From Candidatus Lloydbacteria bacterium (GTDB lineage: Bacteria; Patescibacteriota; Minisyncoccia; Phycocordibacterales; UBA6899), in NCBI GenBank assembly GCA_043719805.1, contig JAYSTI010000001.1:151770-215769 (forward strand): a stretch of 64,000 nt of DNA, written 5' to 3'. This document shows, piece by piece, positions 27,614-37,158 of the stretch. Each line of letters starts with the position of its first letter. The stretch's first letter is position 1. The notes beneath the pieces were generated by a model, which worked only from the letters and a program-made list of their open reading frames with translations, had not been told where the DNA came from and did no database searches. Made by a program: the position numbers and the translations under genes.

Positions 27614-28873
27614 TTAAGTGGAAAGTCGATTCTTCCCGCGTTGAATATGGTTAATAAAATAGAGACCACTTCCGATGACAATCATCGCGGCAACGAGAAG
27701 CGGTGTTGACGGTTCAAATTTTGCCGCAATGGTTCCTGCTATCAAGGGTGGGATGGTCATCGCGAGTGCCAAGACACTCCCATTGATTCCGAGCACCTCC
27801 CCCTGCATGGTCGGCCCTGCGGAACGCGAAAGCAGGCCGGTGAGATTCGCCTGAGAAAGCCCTGTCGCTATTGCAAAAAACGGAACAATGAAATAGAGCC
27901 ACGATACTTGGGGGGAAAGAAATATCGCGAGGATTGTCAGGCCAACCACAATGAGCGTGTTCTGAATAATTTGCGTCTCTCTAAATCTCCTTCCCATCTG
28001 TCGCGTCACAACCGCCTGCGCAAAAACAATCCACAACCCCACGTAAGCAAAATAGTTGCCTATTGATGACTCCGTAAAACCAAAACGATAGAAGAGGAAG
28101 ACGCTCGCGAATGTCACATAGAATGAAAATCCCATTTGGAACAGAAAACTCGTAAGATAGATTGGTCGCAGGTGCTCGGCATTGAAGGCGTGCACGACGT
28201 TGGTCACCGCCCTACTCAAATGCAGGCGCTCGCCGCGCTTCAGAAAATGATTCGTTTCCGCAAACATGGTGTAAACAAAAACAAAATTTAGCAGAGAAAG
28301 TATCGATGCAAACCAAAATGGTGTTGACGCGGTGAACCACGAAACGAGGTGTGGGTCGGACAGTTTGCCGCCGAGAAATGGTCCGACGATAAATCCGAGC
28401 CCGAATGCAGCGCCAATCAGTCCGAAATTTTTTGCGCGATTCTCGGGTGTGGTCACATCGGCGATGGCTGCCTGCGAGACGACAATATTCCCCGAGCACA
28501 CACCCGTGAGAAACCTCACGACAAAGAGGAGTGCAACGGACTTGATGAGGATTCCCACACCGAACAACATTTGCCCGACGGCGGTTCCGATGATGGATAC
28601 AAGGAGGAGCTTCTTGCGACCGAACTTGTCCGACAATTGCCCGATAATGGGTGCGGCAAAAAACTGACCAAGCGAATAGAGCGCGAGCATCACTCCGAGT
28701 AAAACGTATCCCGTCTCCTTGTGGGTTCCCATCGGAAGCAAATAGTGTTCGGAAAGCGGATTCGCAAAAAGGACGGGAATGACCGGGATGAGAATACCCA
28801 CTCCGACCATATCGAGGAATATCGTAAAAAAGAGTGTCACGAGCGCACGATTTTGCATCGCGTCATTATACAT
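27614..28873 (-). CDS. MFS transporter (drug:H+ antiporter/TetA-like)
   Basis: 12 TM. MFS motif A region GQLSDKFGRKKLLL after TM2. Confidence 0.85.
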   Translation of the reverse strand: MYNDAMQNRALVTLFFTIFLDMVGVGILIPVIPVLFANPLSEHYLLPMGTHKETGYVLLGVMLALYSLGQFFAAPIIGQLSDKFGRKKLLLVSIIGTAVGQMLFGVGILIKSVALLFVVRFLTGVCSGNIVVSQAAIADVTTPENRAKNFGLIGAAFGLGFIVGPFLGGKLSDPHLVSWFTASTPFWFASILSLLNFVFVYTMFAETNHFLKRGERLHLSRAVTNVVHAFNAEHLRPIYLTSFLFQMGFSFYVTFASVFLFYRFGFTESSIGNYFAYVGLWIVFAQAVVTRQMGRRFRETQIIQNTLIVVGLTILAIFLSPQVSWLYFIVPFFAIATGLSQANLTGLLSRSAGPTMQGEVLGINGSVLALAMTIPPLIAGTIAAKFEPSTPLLVAAMIVIGSGLYFINHIQRGKNRLST

Positions 28874-28892
28874 TCATTTATGTTTATTAAAT

Positions 28893-28948
28893 GAAAAACA
28901 AAAACCATCCTCACCTTGTTGTCGTACGACAACAAGGTGAGGATGGTT
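28893..28948 (-). terminator. intrinsic terminator formed by a perfect 46-bp palindrome (22-bp arms)
   Basis: AACCATCCTCACCTTGTTGTCG-TA-CGACAACAAGGTGAGGATGGTT preceded on the plus strand by AAAAACAAAAA (U-run on the minus RNA). Lies directly after the stop at 28956. Confidence 0.6.
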
Positions 28949-28955
28949 CAGGATA

Positions 28956-29270
28956 CTACGAGAGACCGAGTTTTTTCTTGCGTCGCTTATGTTCAACGGC
29001 GACGTAGGTTCCTATCCATGAACCCAGCACGAGTCCGGGGATGTACAGTGGGTTATGTGTGTAATTAAGTACGCCGACCGCCAAGAGAAAATACATAAGG
29101 GAATCGGTCGTTGCGGCACGGGCAGGCTGCAGTGAATTTACCGCCATTGTGTACTGCGCGTACAGCACATCAAGGATGATGTAGGCAACAAACACAAACA
29201 GTGCAAGCGCCCAGCTGAAATCTTTCCAGTAAGCACCGAGTATGCGGAGCCATTCTTCGACGGTGTGCAT
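28956..29270 (-). CDS. small membrane protein (104 aa, 3 TM, basic C-terminus)
   Basis: Hydropathy only. Own terminator. Confidence 0.5.
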   Translation of the reverse strand: MHTVEEWLRILGAYWKDFSWALALFVFVAYIILDVLYAQYTMAVNSLQPARAATTDSLMYFLLAVGVLNYTHNPLYIPGLVLGSWIGTYVAVEHKRRKKKLGLS

Positions 29271-29361
29271 TATTACCCCAAGGTAAGGCCATCTTTCGTC
29301 AGACTAGCAACAGTTCACGTAATCAGCAAGCAGAGAGTGCGGTAGATTACTTCTCTATATA

Positions 29362-29919
29362 TTATGTGTTCTGTTTCGCCAAAAAATCCGAAAGCAGCTT
29401 GAGGGCTGGCTTTCGCATCGAGGTGGCATGCTTCTCGTCGCCGGACATTTCTGCCCAAGTTTGCTCCGTGTGACCGTTGGGAATGAACACGGGATCCCAT
29501 CCGAATTTTGTTTCTCCGCGCGGGTTCGTGGAAATATGTCCCTCGACTCGCCCGTGGAAAAACTGCACCTCTCCCCCGTCGCAATATCCGTACATAACTT
29601 CCGCCACCGCATCTCGGTCGGGATATCCATCAAGCAATTTGCATAATCCCTCATTGCCCAACGTCTCCAAAAACCACTTAATGAGTGGGCCGGGCAATCG
29701 CTTGAGAGCAATAAATGTCACCGATACATCTTCCACGAGTACAGGAGTACCGAGCATCACATATGCGCTCTTCGCCTTTGCCTCGACGACCTCGCGGAGG
29801 TCGAGTGACTGGATCTCGGGGATGTCGAGTTTTTTGTGCACGACGGCCAGATGAAAATATTCCGAAAGATACTTCGCCTTCGCTGAATTTCCCGTGATGA
29901 ATGTGAGCTCCTGCTTCAT
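29362..29919 (-). CDS. rdgB: non-canonical purine NTP pyrophosphatase (RdgB/Ham1/ITPase)
   Basis: ELTFITGNSAKAKYL ... FGWDPVFIP Ham1 motifs. Start trimmed to MKQELTF. Confidence 0.85.
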   Translation of the reverse strand: MKQELTFITGNSAKAKYLSEYFHLAVVHKKLDIPEIQSLDLREVVEAKAKSAYVMLGTPVLVEDVSVTFIALKRLPGPLIKWFLETLGNEGLCKLLDGYPDRDAVAEVMYGYCDGGEVQFFHGRVEGHISTNPRGETKFGWDPVFIPNGHTEQTWAEMSGDEKHATSMRKPALKLLSDFLAKQNT

Positions 29920-29980
29920 TGGGCCATCATAACGAAAAATTTGTAAATAAAAAAGCAACGCTTATGCGCCGCTTTGAATT

Positions 29981-30169
29981 CTAGACCTTTTCACCTTGCG
30001 GTGCTTCTTCGCGCGGAGGTTCACTCGCTGAGGTGGCCGGTGGACGTATGTCGCATGTCGGGTTTTGCGTCAGACTGTTTGCCCACTCCACCAGTCTTCG
30101 GAGTTCGTCGATATCTGCGCGCGTCGCTTCGATCTTGCCGCCTTGGATACCGCTCGCAAGCTCGTTCAT
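29981..30169 (-). CDS. putative 62-aa protein translationally coupled (ATGA) to the upstream membrane-protein gene
   Basis: Start ATG overlaps the upstream TGA. AAGGAG abuts the start. No domain recognised. Confidence 0.3.
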   Translation of the reverse strand: MNELASGIQGGKIEATRADIDELRRLVEWANSLTQNPTCDIRPPATSASEPPREEAPQGEKV

Positions 30170-30888
30170 CTCCTTAGAAAAGAGGTGAAATCACGCTTCG
30201 CGCCAAGAGTAATGAGCGAGAGCGCTACTCTTCCGAGCACATCTCTTGCGGGAACTTTTTTGAAGAACTGAGAGTCTTCAATCAAGCTCACTCCGAAAAG
30301 GACGACTGAACCAATGAGTGCAGTAAGCAAATTTTCTGAAGTGTAAACGCGAATACCGAGCCACGACAATGGGAACGTTGCCATGATGGGGATGATTCCC
30401 CACCACATCCACATCCGCATCACGTACTGATGAACGCGTTTTTCGGGCGTGACATGCCAACACCAGCGCGTAAACAGCGAGAGGTCGCCTAAGTTCTTCT
30501 TCCGCTCTTCACCGACGCCAGGCCAGCTCCTTTTTTTGACGAGCGTTTTGTGGTGCACCAGCCTTAGCCCGGCGTAGAGCGCAACCGCAAAAATATACAC
30601 GTACACATGCGCTGACGCCACGATCTCAATCTGCTTTCCCCCCGCAGGATAGAATCCCTGAAAATACGTGGCCAATGGCCAGGCATCAAGGAGTTTCTCG
30701 AATGCATGACTGAGTTTCTCGTTGAGCCGAATTGTGTTGAGTATGGTTTCTGCAACAAATGTGGAGATGAGAAACATCGTTGTCCAAAATGCATTGCACT
30801 TCGCAAGGATATAGAACGTGCGTAGTGAGAATTCAAGTTCTTCTCGTGTCTCGATTTCGCCGCTTCCACCATTGATCGGTTCTGTCAT
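30166..30888 (-). CDS. polytopic membrane protein (240 aa), unknown function
   Basis: AAGGAG 6 nt upstream of the ATG at 30888. 5-6 TM helices. Confidence 0.6.
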   Translation of the reverse strand: MTEPINGGSGEIETREELEFSLRTFYILAKCNAFWTTMFLISTFVAETILNTIRLNEKLSHAFEKLLDAWPLATYFQGFYPAGGKQIEIVASAHVYVYIFAVALYAGLRLVHHKTLVKKRSWPGVGEERKKNLGDLSLFTRWCWHVTPEKRVHQYVMRMWMWWGIIPIMATFPLSWLGIRVYTSENLLTALIGSVVLFGVSLIEDSQFFKKVPARDVLGRVALSLITLGAKRDFTSFLRR

Positions 30889-30996
30889 GACAACTCCTTT
30901 TGAACAGCTGAAATCTTTATAAATCATTTCAGCAAAAATGTCAACAAAAAAGCCGAGACACAAGGTCTCGGCCAAACGCACAAATGCACAACATGT

Positions 30997-32553
30997 TCAG
31001 TGCAGGAGTTTCGCCCACCCCGCTTGGTCTCTTGGATCAACCCAAATGACCTCCTGAGTTGCCGCATCCACGAGTGCGACCTCGGGAACACTTCCTGTAA
31101 CGAACGACTCCTTCTTGGCGTCCTTGTAAGTGACAACGGTTGTCAGCCACAGGAGATGCCTTTTCCCGTCCTTGCCGTAACGGACGTAGGGGCGTTCCTC
31201 GACGGGAGCCATGGTTCCCCACATATAACTTTTCTTCGAATCACGCACGAGTGCGGGAACCATCGAGACACCCATCAGACTCTCGCCTTTCGCCTCGTGA
31301 TGATACACGAGCACGCGCGATGTTCCGTCTGCCGGAATGAGCACGCTTGCAACAAGTCCGTGCTTCCCTGCCAGATATGGCTCGAGGGAAAAGTAGTGGT
31401 ATAGCATCCCTGGCATGCCGCTCGTTTCCTTGAAGAAGGTCGCGTACGGCTGCTGGTTCATGCTTTCCTTCGAGTCAGGAATGCGCACGTCTCCCTGGTG
31501 CCACAACGGGGCTGGCGCGAGGAATCCGTTCATGAAACGCAGACTCTCGGCGGCATAGCGCGAGACCCGTTCAGGAAGAATGTTCTGTCCGCGCAGATAC
31601 GGAAACTCTTGAATCCGCTCCGGACTGATCCAGCTTCCGGCGCCAAACACCACGCGTGTCACGAATGATTCAAGCGTCGGCTTGGGTTCCTGGCGGACAA
31701 TGAGGACGCCTCCAAACTCCGGATACGGGAAGAAAATCCCCCGCCACCGCAGAAGCGATATCACTTCCACCATTTCACCGGCGTCGTCGCGTATGTACCG
31801 CACATTGCTTGGCTCATAGTTCATGAACTGAGCAAGACTGAATGCGCGCACTGCGGCGATACTCGCCTTACTGGAAAGCCAGAGTCCTTCACCAACGCTG
31901 AAGCGCACGACGTTCTTGCTCTCGGGAGTGAACTGCGGCGACGGGTCGGTACCCGAAACACTGATCACTTCATCGACCGTTCCGAAGATCTTGTCGAGCG
32001 CCATTTTCGGCTCGACACCCATCGTCCACTGAAACTCGATCTTCCCCGTTGTCTTGTTTCGCATCCAGACAAAGTCCGGTGGAGCGGGTTGGCGCGAGTC
32101 GCCGGTGACCCCCTGCGCAAGTCCGTGTACCGACGCGAGCGGTTGGATACGCTCGTGGTCAGTTTCGGGAAGCTTGTCGATCGCTTGCACGTCGATGGCG
32201 TTGTATCTCACCCACAGCGCAACGTATTCGTAGGCCGCGACGCAACCTGCGACAAGGAGAAGCGCCGCGAGCATGCTTGCGATACGCTTCCACCAATGCG
32301 CGCTGCGCGAGATGACAAAGAAGAACGAGAGGATGCCGATAGACACCGCAATCGGTGCGAAATACCTCCGCACAATCACAACGAAGGGCTGCCACTCTTC
32401 ACGAAAGAGCACCGCTCCGACGAGAAGTACGGCAAGCAGAAGTGTGCCGAGCACCTTATGCCGGCCGACAAATCCCGAAATGGCCTTCCCGATGTTGCCG
32501 AAAAAAATGCCGAATCCGGAAGTTCTTTCCGGCACAGAAACAATGGTGGTCAT
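30997..32553 (-). CDS. membrane protein with 3-4 N-terminal TM helices and a ~380-aa extracytoplasmic domain
   Basis: GGAGGT SD 6 nt upstream of the ATG at 32553. 4-nt gap to the upstream gene. Confidence 0.6.
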   Translation of the reverse strand: MTTIVSVPERTSGFGIFFGNIGKAISGFVGRHKVLGTLLLAVLLVGAVLFREEWQPFVVIVRRYFAPIAVSIGILSFFFVISRSAHWWKRIASMLAALLLVAGCVAAYEYVALWVRYNAIDVQAIDKLPETDHERIQPLASVHGLAQGVTGDSRQPAPPDFVWMRNKTTGKIEFQWTMGVEPKMALDKIFGTVDEVISVSGTDPSPQFTPESKNVVRFSVGEGLWLSSKASIAAVRAFSLAQFMNYEPSNVRYIRDDAGEMVEVISLLRWRGIFFPYPEFGGVLIVRQEPKPTLESFVTRVVFGAGSWISPERIQEFPYLRGQNILPERVSRYAAESLRFMNGFLAPAPLWHQGDVRIPDSKESMNQQPYATFFKETSGMPGMLYHYFSLEPYLAGKHGLVASVLIPADGTSRVLVYHHEAKGESLMGVSMVPALVRDSKKSYMWGTMAPVEERPYVRYGKDGKRHLLWLTTVVTYKDAKKESFVTGSVPEVALVDAATQEVIWVDPRDQAGWAKLLH

Positions 32554-32557
32554 TCGA

Positions 32558-33193
32558 TTACCTCCGACGTTGGAATGCGTCAAGCGCATCCGCGAGTGAC
32601 GTTTTGGTTGCGACCTTCACGACCGGCGGCGAATCTTCAGACGCGTCAACGCCGTCCACCGGAGCGACAGGCTCCGTGGCCACCGTTTTCACAGACCTCA
32701 ATTCCGCAACCTTCTCGACTGCGCCGTCGGCCACCCTTGACAAGGCAACCTTCGTTTGTTCGACGCCCCTCTTGATGGCACCACCTGCGGCGCCTGAGAG
32801 ATTGAGCTTACCTTCTTCGAGTCCGTCCATCACGTCACACACCTTGTCCACCACCGAGTCGGATTTCTTTCCTTCTCGCATGGCAAACCCGGTGAGCAAG
32901 AAGCCCAAGAACAGCCCGATGAAAACGAGCGGTGACTTCATGACGAGTTCGATCGGGTCATGAATGTAGTAGGAGAGGAGAAAGCAAGACATGATCGTCA
33001 GTACGAACGACGGAAGGATTCTCGCTTTTGCCTTTCGGCCGACGATGAATCCCCTCTCGATCTCACTCGACAGTCGTTCTTTGTGCCACAGATTGTAGCC
33101 ACGCCGGTACACCGGCGCGCCGAACCGCTTGTCGACGAAATAGAGAAGCGAGGCGATGAGCGCGAACGAGAGCATATACAGCAAAGCATCCAT
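32558..33193 (-). CDS. membrane protein (4 TM) with a disordered acidic/Val-rich C-terminal tail
   Basis: Hydropathy only. Confidence 0.55.
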   Translation of the reverse strand: MDALLYMLSFALIASLLYFVDKRFGAPVYRRGYNLWHKERLSSEIERGFIVGRKAKARILPSFVLTIMSCFLLSYYIHDPIELVMKSPLVFIGLFLGFLLTGFAMREGKKSDSVVDKVCDVMDGLEEGKLNLSGAAGGAIKRGVEQTKVALSRVADGAVEKVAELRSVKTVATEPVAPVDGVDASEDSPPVVKVATKTSLADALDAFQRRR

Positions 33194-33400
33194 TTGGATC
33201 TCCTGGTTAAAACACGAAATGTCGAAAAACTATTCACATAGTCCTTCAGCTTTATAGCAAACAACATGAATTTTGTCAACAGTCAAAATCACTAGTGTTA
33301 AAGGCGTTTTGGGCGATTTCTGGTATAAAAAACCCACCTAAAAGGTGGGTCATACAAACTGTCAAACTTGCCCCGTGGTCACTGTGCCACGGGGACTTTC

Positions 33401-35362
33401 TCACTTCGACAAACGATGCGCCTGGAAGCGGCTTTCCGCTTCTTCGCGCACTTCGAGGTCGAGCACCATCGCTTCGATCTTTCTGTTGCGGTCCTTGTCC
33501 GCAATCTCGACCATGTTGTCGAGGTAACGGAGCGACTCCTGCAGGCGAATCTCTGCAAACGAAAGGCTGCGCATGTTCCCCTTCATGACCTCGACGAGCA
33601 TTCCCTTCTTTTGATCGTAGGGCTGCTTGAAGAAGACGAGTGGGTCGGCCATCCAGTCCGCGGGAAAGTCGAAGTCGAGGACCCGACCAATGACTGCCGT
33701 CTGGATATTGCGCACATCGCGGGAAGAGAACATCGGATAGACCGCCTGCACTGCGGCAAACAACGCACCAAAGAACCGGTGCTCGTTCACGTCATACTGA
33801 CTCCGCGTCCGCTCGAAGATCGCCTTGATGCGCGCTTCTTTCGGTTCGCGATAGCTGTCCGCGAACTGGTCGAGCCGTGCCACGCGCTCCTGGTCGGACA
33901 TGTAGGTGTACCCCTTCGGATCCACCATCGCGATGAACGACGGGTCGATGTCGCGCAACCTGCGGTACCCAAGATGGTCTTGGTCCATGAGGTCATTCTC
34001 GGTCCGCGCCCCGTCGATAACGAAACGCGACTGAATGCGCGAGAGTATCGCCTTGTCGACCTGTTCGGGGATGTTCGTGTAGAAGTCCCAAAGCGTGTTG
34101 CCGTGGTTGATAGCGTACGCCCCTTCAGTATGACGAAGAATGACGCCGATCACTTCACGGACGCCGGCAGACACCCCTTGGCGTGTGCGCTCCTCGACGA
34201 TATTTTCCGCATCGTCCGTCGTCGCATAGATGATCTTCGACGGATCACGAAGGGCCTGCATATACGACAGTGCCCGCTCCGCTGATCCGCCCTGATAGGT
34301 CGACACGATGTTGTCGGGGAACGGGTGAAAGAGGAAGGGAATTCCCAGCCACTTGCACATTTCCTCGAGTTTCGTCGCGGTTGCAGCTATCTGCATGCTC
34401 TTGCCGGTACCAGGAACGCCGTGACCCATGCGCATGGAGGCCAGTCCCCCGAGCTCATGCATCGGATTCTTCTTTGTGGCCGGGTCGTAGCAAAGCAACC
34501 GCTCCACCATACGCCCGGCTTCATGTTTCGCCTGCCTGTTGCCGACGATGTCTTTGAAGTACACCTTGTTGAACTCAACCGACACCACAGAACGGTCGGC
34601 GAATTCGTGGAACCCGTCGACAATGAACTCCGCGTCGTCGAGCTTGTACTTCCGGTCAATGAACGGCTCGAGGAAAGTGAGTCCGACTTCTCTCATCTTG
34701 ATCGCCGCGATGACGTGGCGGAAATAGAGAAGCGCAAACTTCACGAACTCGTCGTCACTTTCGACCTTGCCTTCCACCTGCACGTCTTTACCGAAGTAGA
34801 AGAGCGTCGAACGGATGGCCTCTTGAGTGTTCGCAAAATGCAGCGCAATCGGCTCATCGACCGTCATGACGACGTTCGACACCTGCTCCGTCCGATAGGC
34901 GGCGAGGTCCCACACAACATACGAGGCAAGCGCAAAGGTAGTTAGCGATGCTCGCGTACGCACCTTTGCCTGCATTTCCGGCTGTTGAGCCGTGGTCAGT
35001 TTTTGCGTGCGATTCAGGTCGAGCAGGACATCGAGTCCCGAGGACTTCGTGTAGAGCTCTTCGAGATGAAGCCCGATAGTGAGCCCCTTCCGGATCGTCT
35101 GCAGCACGTGCATGATGACCTCGGTCAACATGAGCTGATCTTTGCTCTCCTCATGACCAACGTCGATGAGAGAGATGGCGGTCGTTTGCGACGAAAGCCG
35201 TGGCGTGGTCGGGATGAGTGCACTCGGCCGAAGCTTATCCGTTGCGGATGAAACCTGGGCCTTGTCCGCCCACTCGACCTTCGCCATGTAGGCATCGGCC
35301 TGCTTCAGCCACCTTACCCGATCACTCTTTGTGATCGGAATGAAATTTCCTGATTGATCCAT
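33401..35362 (-). CDS. classical-AAA-clade ATPase with a novel ~290-aa N-terminal domain and ~130-aa C-terminal extension
   Basis: VYFKDIVGNRQAKHEAGRMVERLL upstream of the Walker A GHGVPGTGKS. Walker-B-like KIIYATTDDAENIV. Sensor-1 and second-region-of-homology AINHGNTLWDFYTNIPEQVDKAILSRIQSRFVI. The spacing is typical of Cdc48/Vps4/FtsH-type AAA. Confidence 0.75.
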   Translation of the reverse strand: MDQSGNFIPITKSDRVRWLKQADAYMAKVEWADKAQVSSATDKLRPSALIPTTPRLSSQTTAISLIDVGHEESKDQLMLTEVIMHVLQTIRKGLTIGLHLEELYTKSSGLDVLLDLNRTQKLTTAQQPEMQAKVRTRASLTTFALASYVVWDLAAYRTEQVSNVVMTVDEPIALHFANTQEAIRSTLFYFGKDVQVEGKVESDDEFVKFALLYFRHVIAAIKMREVGLTFLEPFIDRKYKLDDAEFIVDGFHEFADRSVVSVEFNKVYFKDIVGNRQAKHEAGRMVERLLCYDPATKKNPMHELGGLASMRMGHGVPGTGKSMQIAATATKLEEMCKWLGIPFLFHPFPDNIVSTYQGGSAERALSYMQALRDPSKIIYATTDDAENIVEERTRQGVSAGVREVIGVILRHTEGAYAINHGNTLWDFYTNIPEQVDKAILSRIQSRFVIDGARTENDLMDQDHLGYRRLRDIDPSFIAMVDPKGYTYMSDQERVARLDQFADSYREPKEARIKAIFERTRSQYDVNEHRFFGALFAAVQAVYPMFSSRDVRNIQTAVIGRVLDFDFPADWMADPLVFFKQPYDQKKGMLVEVMKGNMRSLSFAEIRLQESLRYLDNMVEIADKDRNRKIEAMVLDLEVREEAESRFQAHRLSK

Positions 35363-35442
35363 ACTGTTTCCTTCTGTGTGTTTGAGGTAGAAAAAGGGCG
35401 GCCCAGAGAGCCGCCCATGATTGACCTTCTTTTCGGGTCAGC

Positions 35443-36852
35443 TTAGGAGCCCGTACCACTCACATCCGAAGGACGATGTTCCTCCACCGTTCCTCCGCGA
35501 TTCTTCGTCTTCAGAATTGCTGCTTCGAAGCGCTCCCTGAGGGCAGCAATTCCCTCGTATTGGATGTCTTTCACATCCTGCATCTTGGCGAGTCTTGCAT
35601 CGTGTTGTTCGATCATGTTCAGGGCCGAGGTCACCGAAGCAACCAACGTCTGAGCAGCTTTTTCTGCTCCATCCTGAGCCAACACCGCGCCGACAGAGTC
35701 GATCTTGCTGCTGGCATCAATACTCGCCATGCCCTTCATCTGCTCGAGTCGGCTGTCAAAAGCCGCACGCCAGGAATCCGAGTTTGCACGCAAAGATGCC
35801 AAGTTGATGCGATGCACATCGTACTGCGCCTGAATGGTGTCCCGGTGGGTCTCGAGTTCCGGGGTCGCACGCTCCTTCGCTTGAAAGATCGCGAGTGCCT
35901 CGTTCCGTCTCCCTTGCAATTCCTGCACCTGGTCAACTTGTTCCGAGATCGACTGTTCGAGTTCGATTCGTTCAGCTGAGCCGGCATCAAGGGTCACCAC
36001 CTGCTCTTGGTCTTGCGCGAGCTTCTGATTCGCAGCAAGGATCAGCTTGTCGAGCGCTTCCATCGCTGCGGCCGCGGCCGTCTTGTCTTCATAGGTGACG
36101 CGCAGCTGTTCCACGACTTGTTCGTAGTTTGCACGCGCACCATCTCGGCTCGTTTCCAGAATCTTGCATGTGTCCTCGATGCGCTTTGTGAAGCGGTCAT
36201 AGTGCACGGAAAAGTCTGCGGAAAGAAGTCGCCTCTCTTGGTCGATCTTCGCCTGTTCTTTTGCCTGAACGACACCAAGTTTTGCCGATGCGATGTCTGC
36301 CTCTGCCTTGACGAGCTCCGCGTGAGCCGCTTCGGTGCGCGTCTTCTTGAAGAACCACGCATTTTGCAACTTGGCCAGCTCGGCCTCTGCAAGTTTGGCC
36401 TTTTCAACGCAAAGATCAACCAACGCGGTTGACGCACTGATGAGTGCTTCTTCGTTCGGTGAAAGCGTCGCAAACTCATCAAACTGACCGCCGATGTTTG
36501 CGAGATCATCGTCGAGCGCCTTCATCATTTCGGCGAGCACCTTCTGATCTTCGGGAATGCTTTCCCGAATTTCATCGATCTGCGCGCCCAAAATTTTCTT
36601 GGCGAGTGCTTGGCGTTCTTCGGCCGTCAGCTTACCCGACCTTGCGAGCTTCTCAGCGGTTTGTACTGCGAATTCGACGCGGTCGTCCACTTTTCCCACT
36701 GCAACTGCGGCGCGGGCTTTTCGAGCTTGGCGCTGCTGTTGGCCGGGAACGAGGTCGGCAATCATGCCTCGTGTCGACCCTTCCTGGGGCGTATCGAGAA
36801 GGGGGGCCGGCGCCTTGAGGTCGGTAACGACTGCTTTGCGAGGTGTAACCAT
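35443..36852 (-). CDS. long alpha-helical coiled-coil protein (~470 aa, A/E/K/Q/L-rich heptads), unknown function
   Basis: AGGAGA SD 8 nt upstream of the ATG at 36852. No enzymatic motif. 80-bp gap to the AAA gene on the same strand. Confidence 0.65.
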   Translation of the reverse strand: MVTPRKAVVTDLKAPAPLLDTPQEGSTRGMIADLVPGQQQRQARKARAAVAVGKVDDRVEFAVQTAEKLARSGKLTAEERQALAKKILGAQIDEIRESIPEDQKVLAEMMKALDDDLANIGGQFDEFATLSPNEEALISASTALVDLCVEKAKLAEAELAKLQNAWFFKKTRTEAAHAELVKAEADIASAKLGVVQAKEQAKIDQERRLLSADFSVHYDRFTKRIEDTCKILETSRDGARANYEQVVEQLRVTYEDKTAAAAAMEALDKLILAANQKLAQDQEQVVTLDAGSAERIELEQSISEQVDQVQELQGRRNEALAIFQAKERATPELETHRDTIQAQYDVHRINLASLRANSDSWRAAFDSRLEQMKGMASIDASSKIDSVGAVLAQDGAEKAAQTLVASVTSALNMIEQHDARLAKMQDVKDIQYEGIAALRERFEAAILKTKNRGGTVEEHRPSDVSGTGS

Positions 36853-36978
36853 TTTCGCTATCTCCTGAGTTGAGTGCTTGCGCACAAAAAAAGAAAAACT
36901 TCACCAAACGTAGGCGGTTTTCACTGCCTACTATTATGATGACAACGATCTCTCGTCCGAGGCTCAAACTACACTCTT

Positions 36979-36993
36979 TTGACAAATTGTCAA
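36979..36993. promoter_or_regulatory. perfect dyad TTGACAA-a-TTGTCAA ~120 nt upstream of the coiled-coil gene start; candidate operator or -35-containing site
   Basis: 7-bp arms, read by eye. Confidence 0.3.
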
Positions 36994-37158
36994 GCTGAGT
37001 GTCATTAAAATTGACGGCTCTACAAAGGCATAATTTGATGCACTCATGCCTCTTCCAAAAACGTTTCCGAATAAATGGAGCAATGGGCGGCAGACGACAA
37101 AAAACCACAATGTGGTAAAAACCCGCGTGAGTGAGAAAAAACAAACACAAACGACGAC

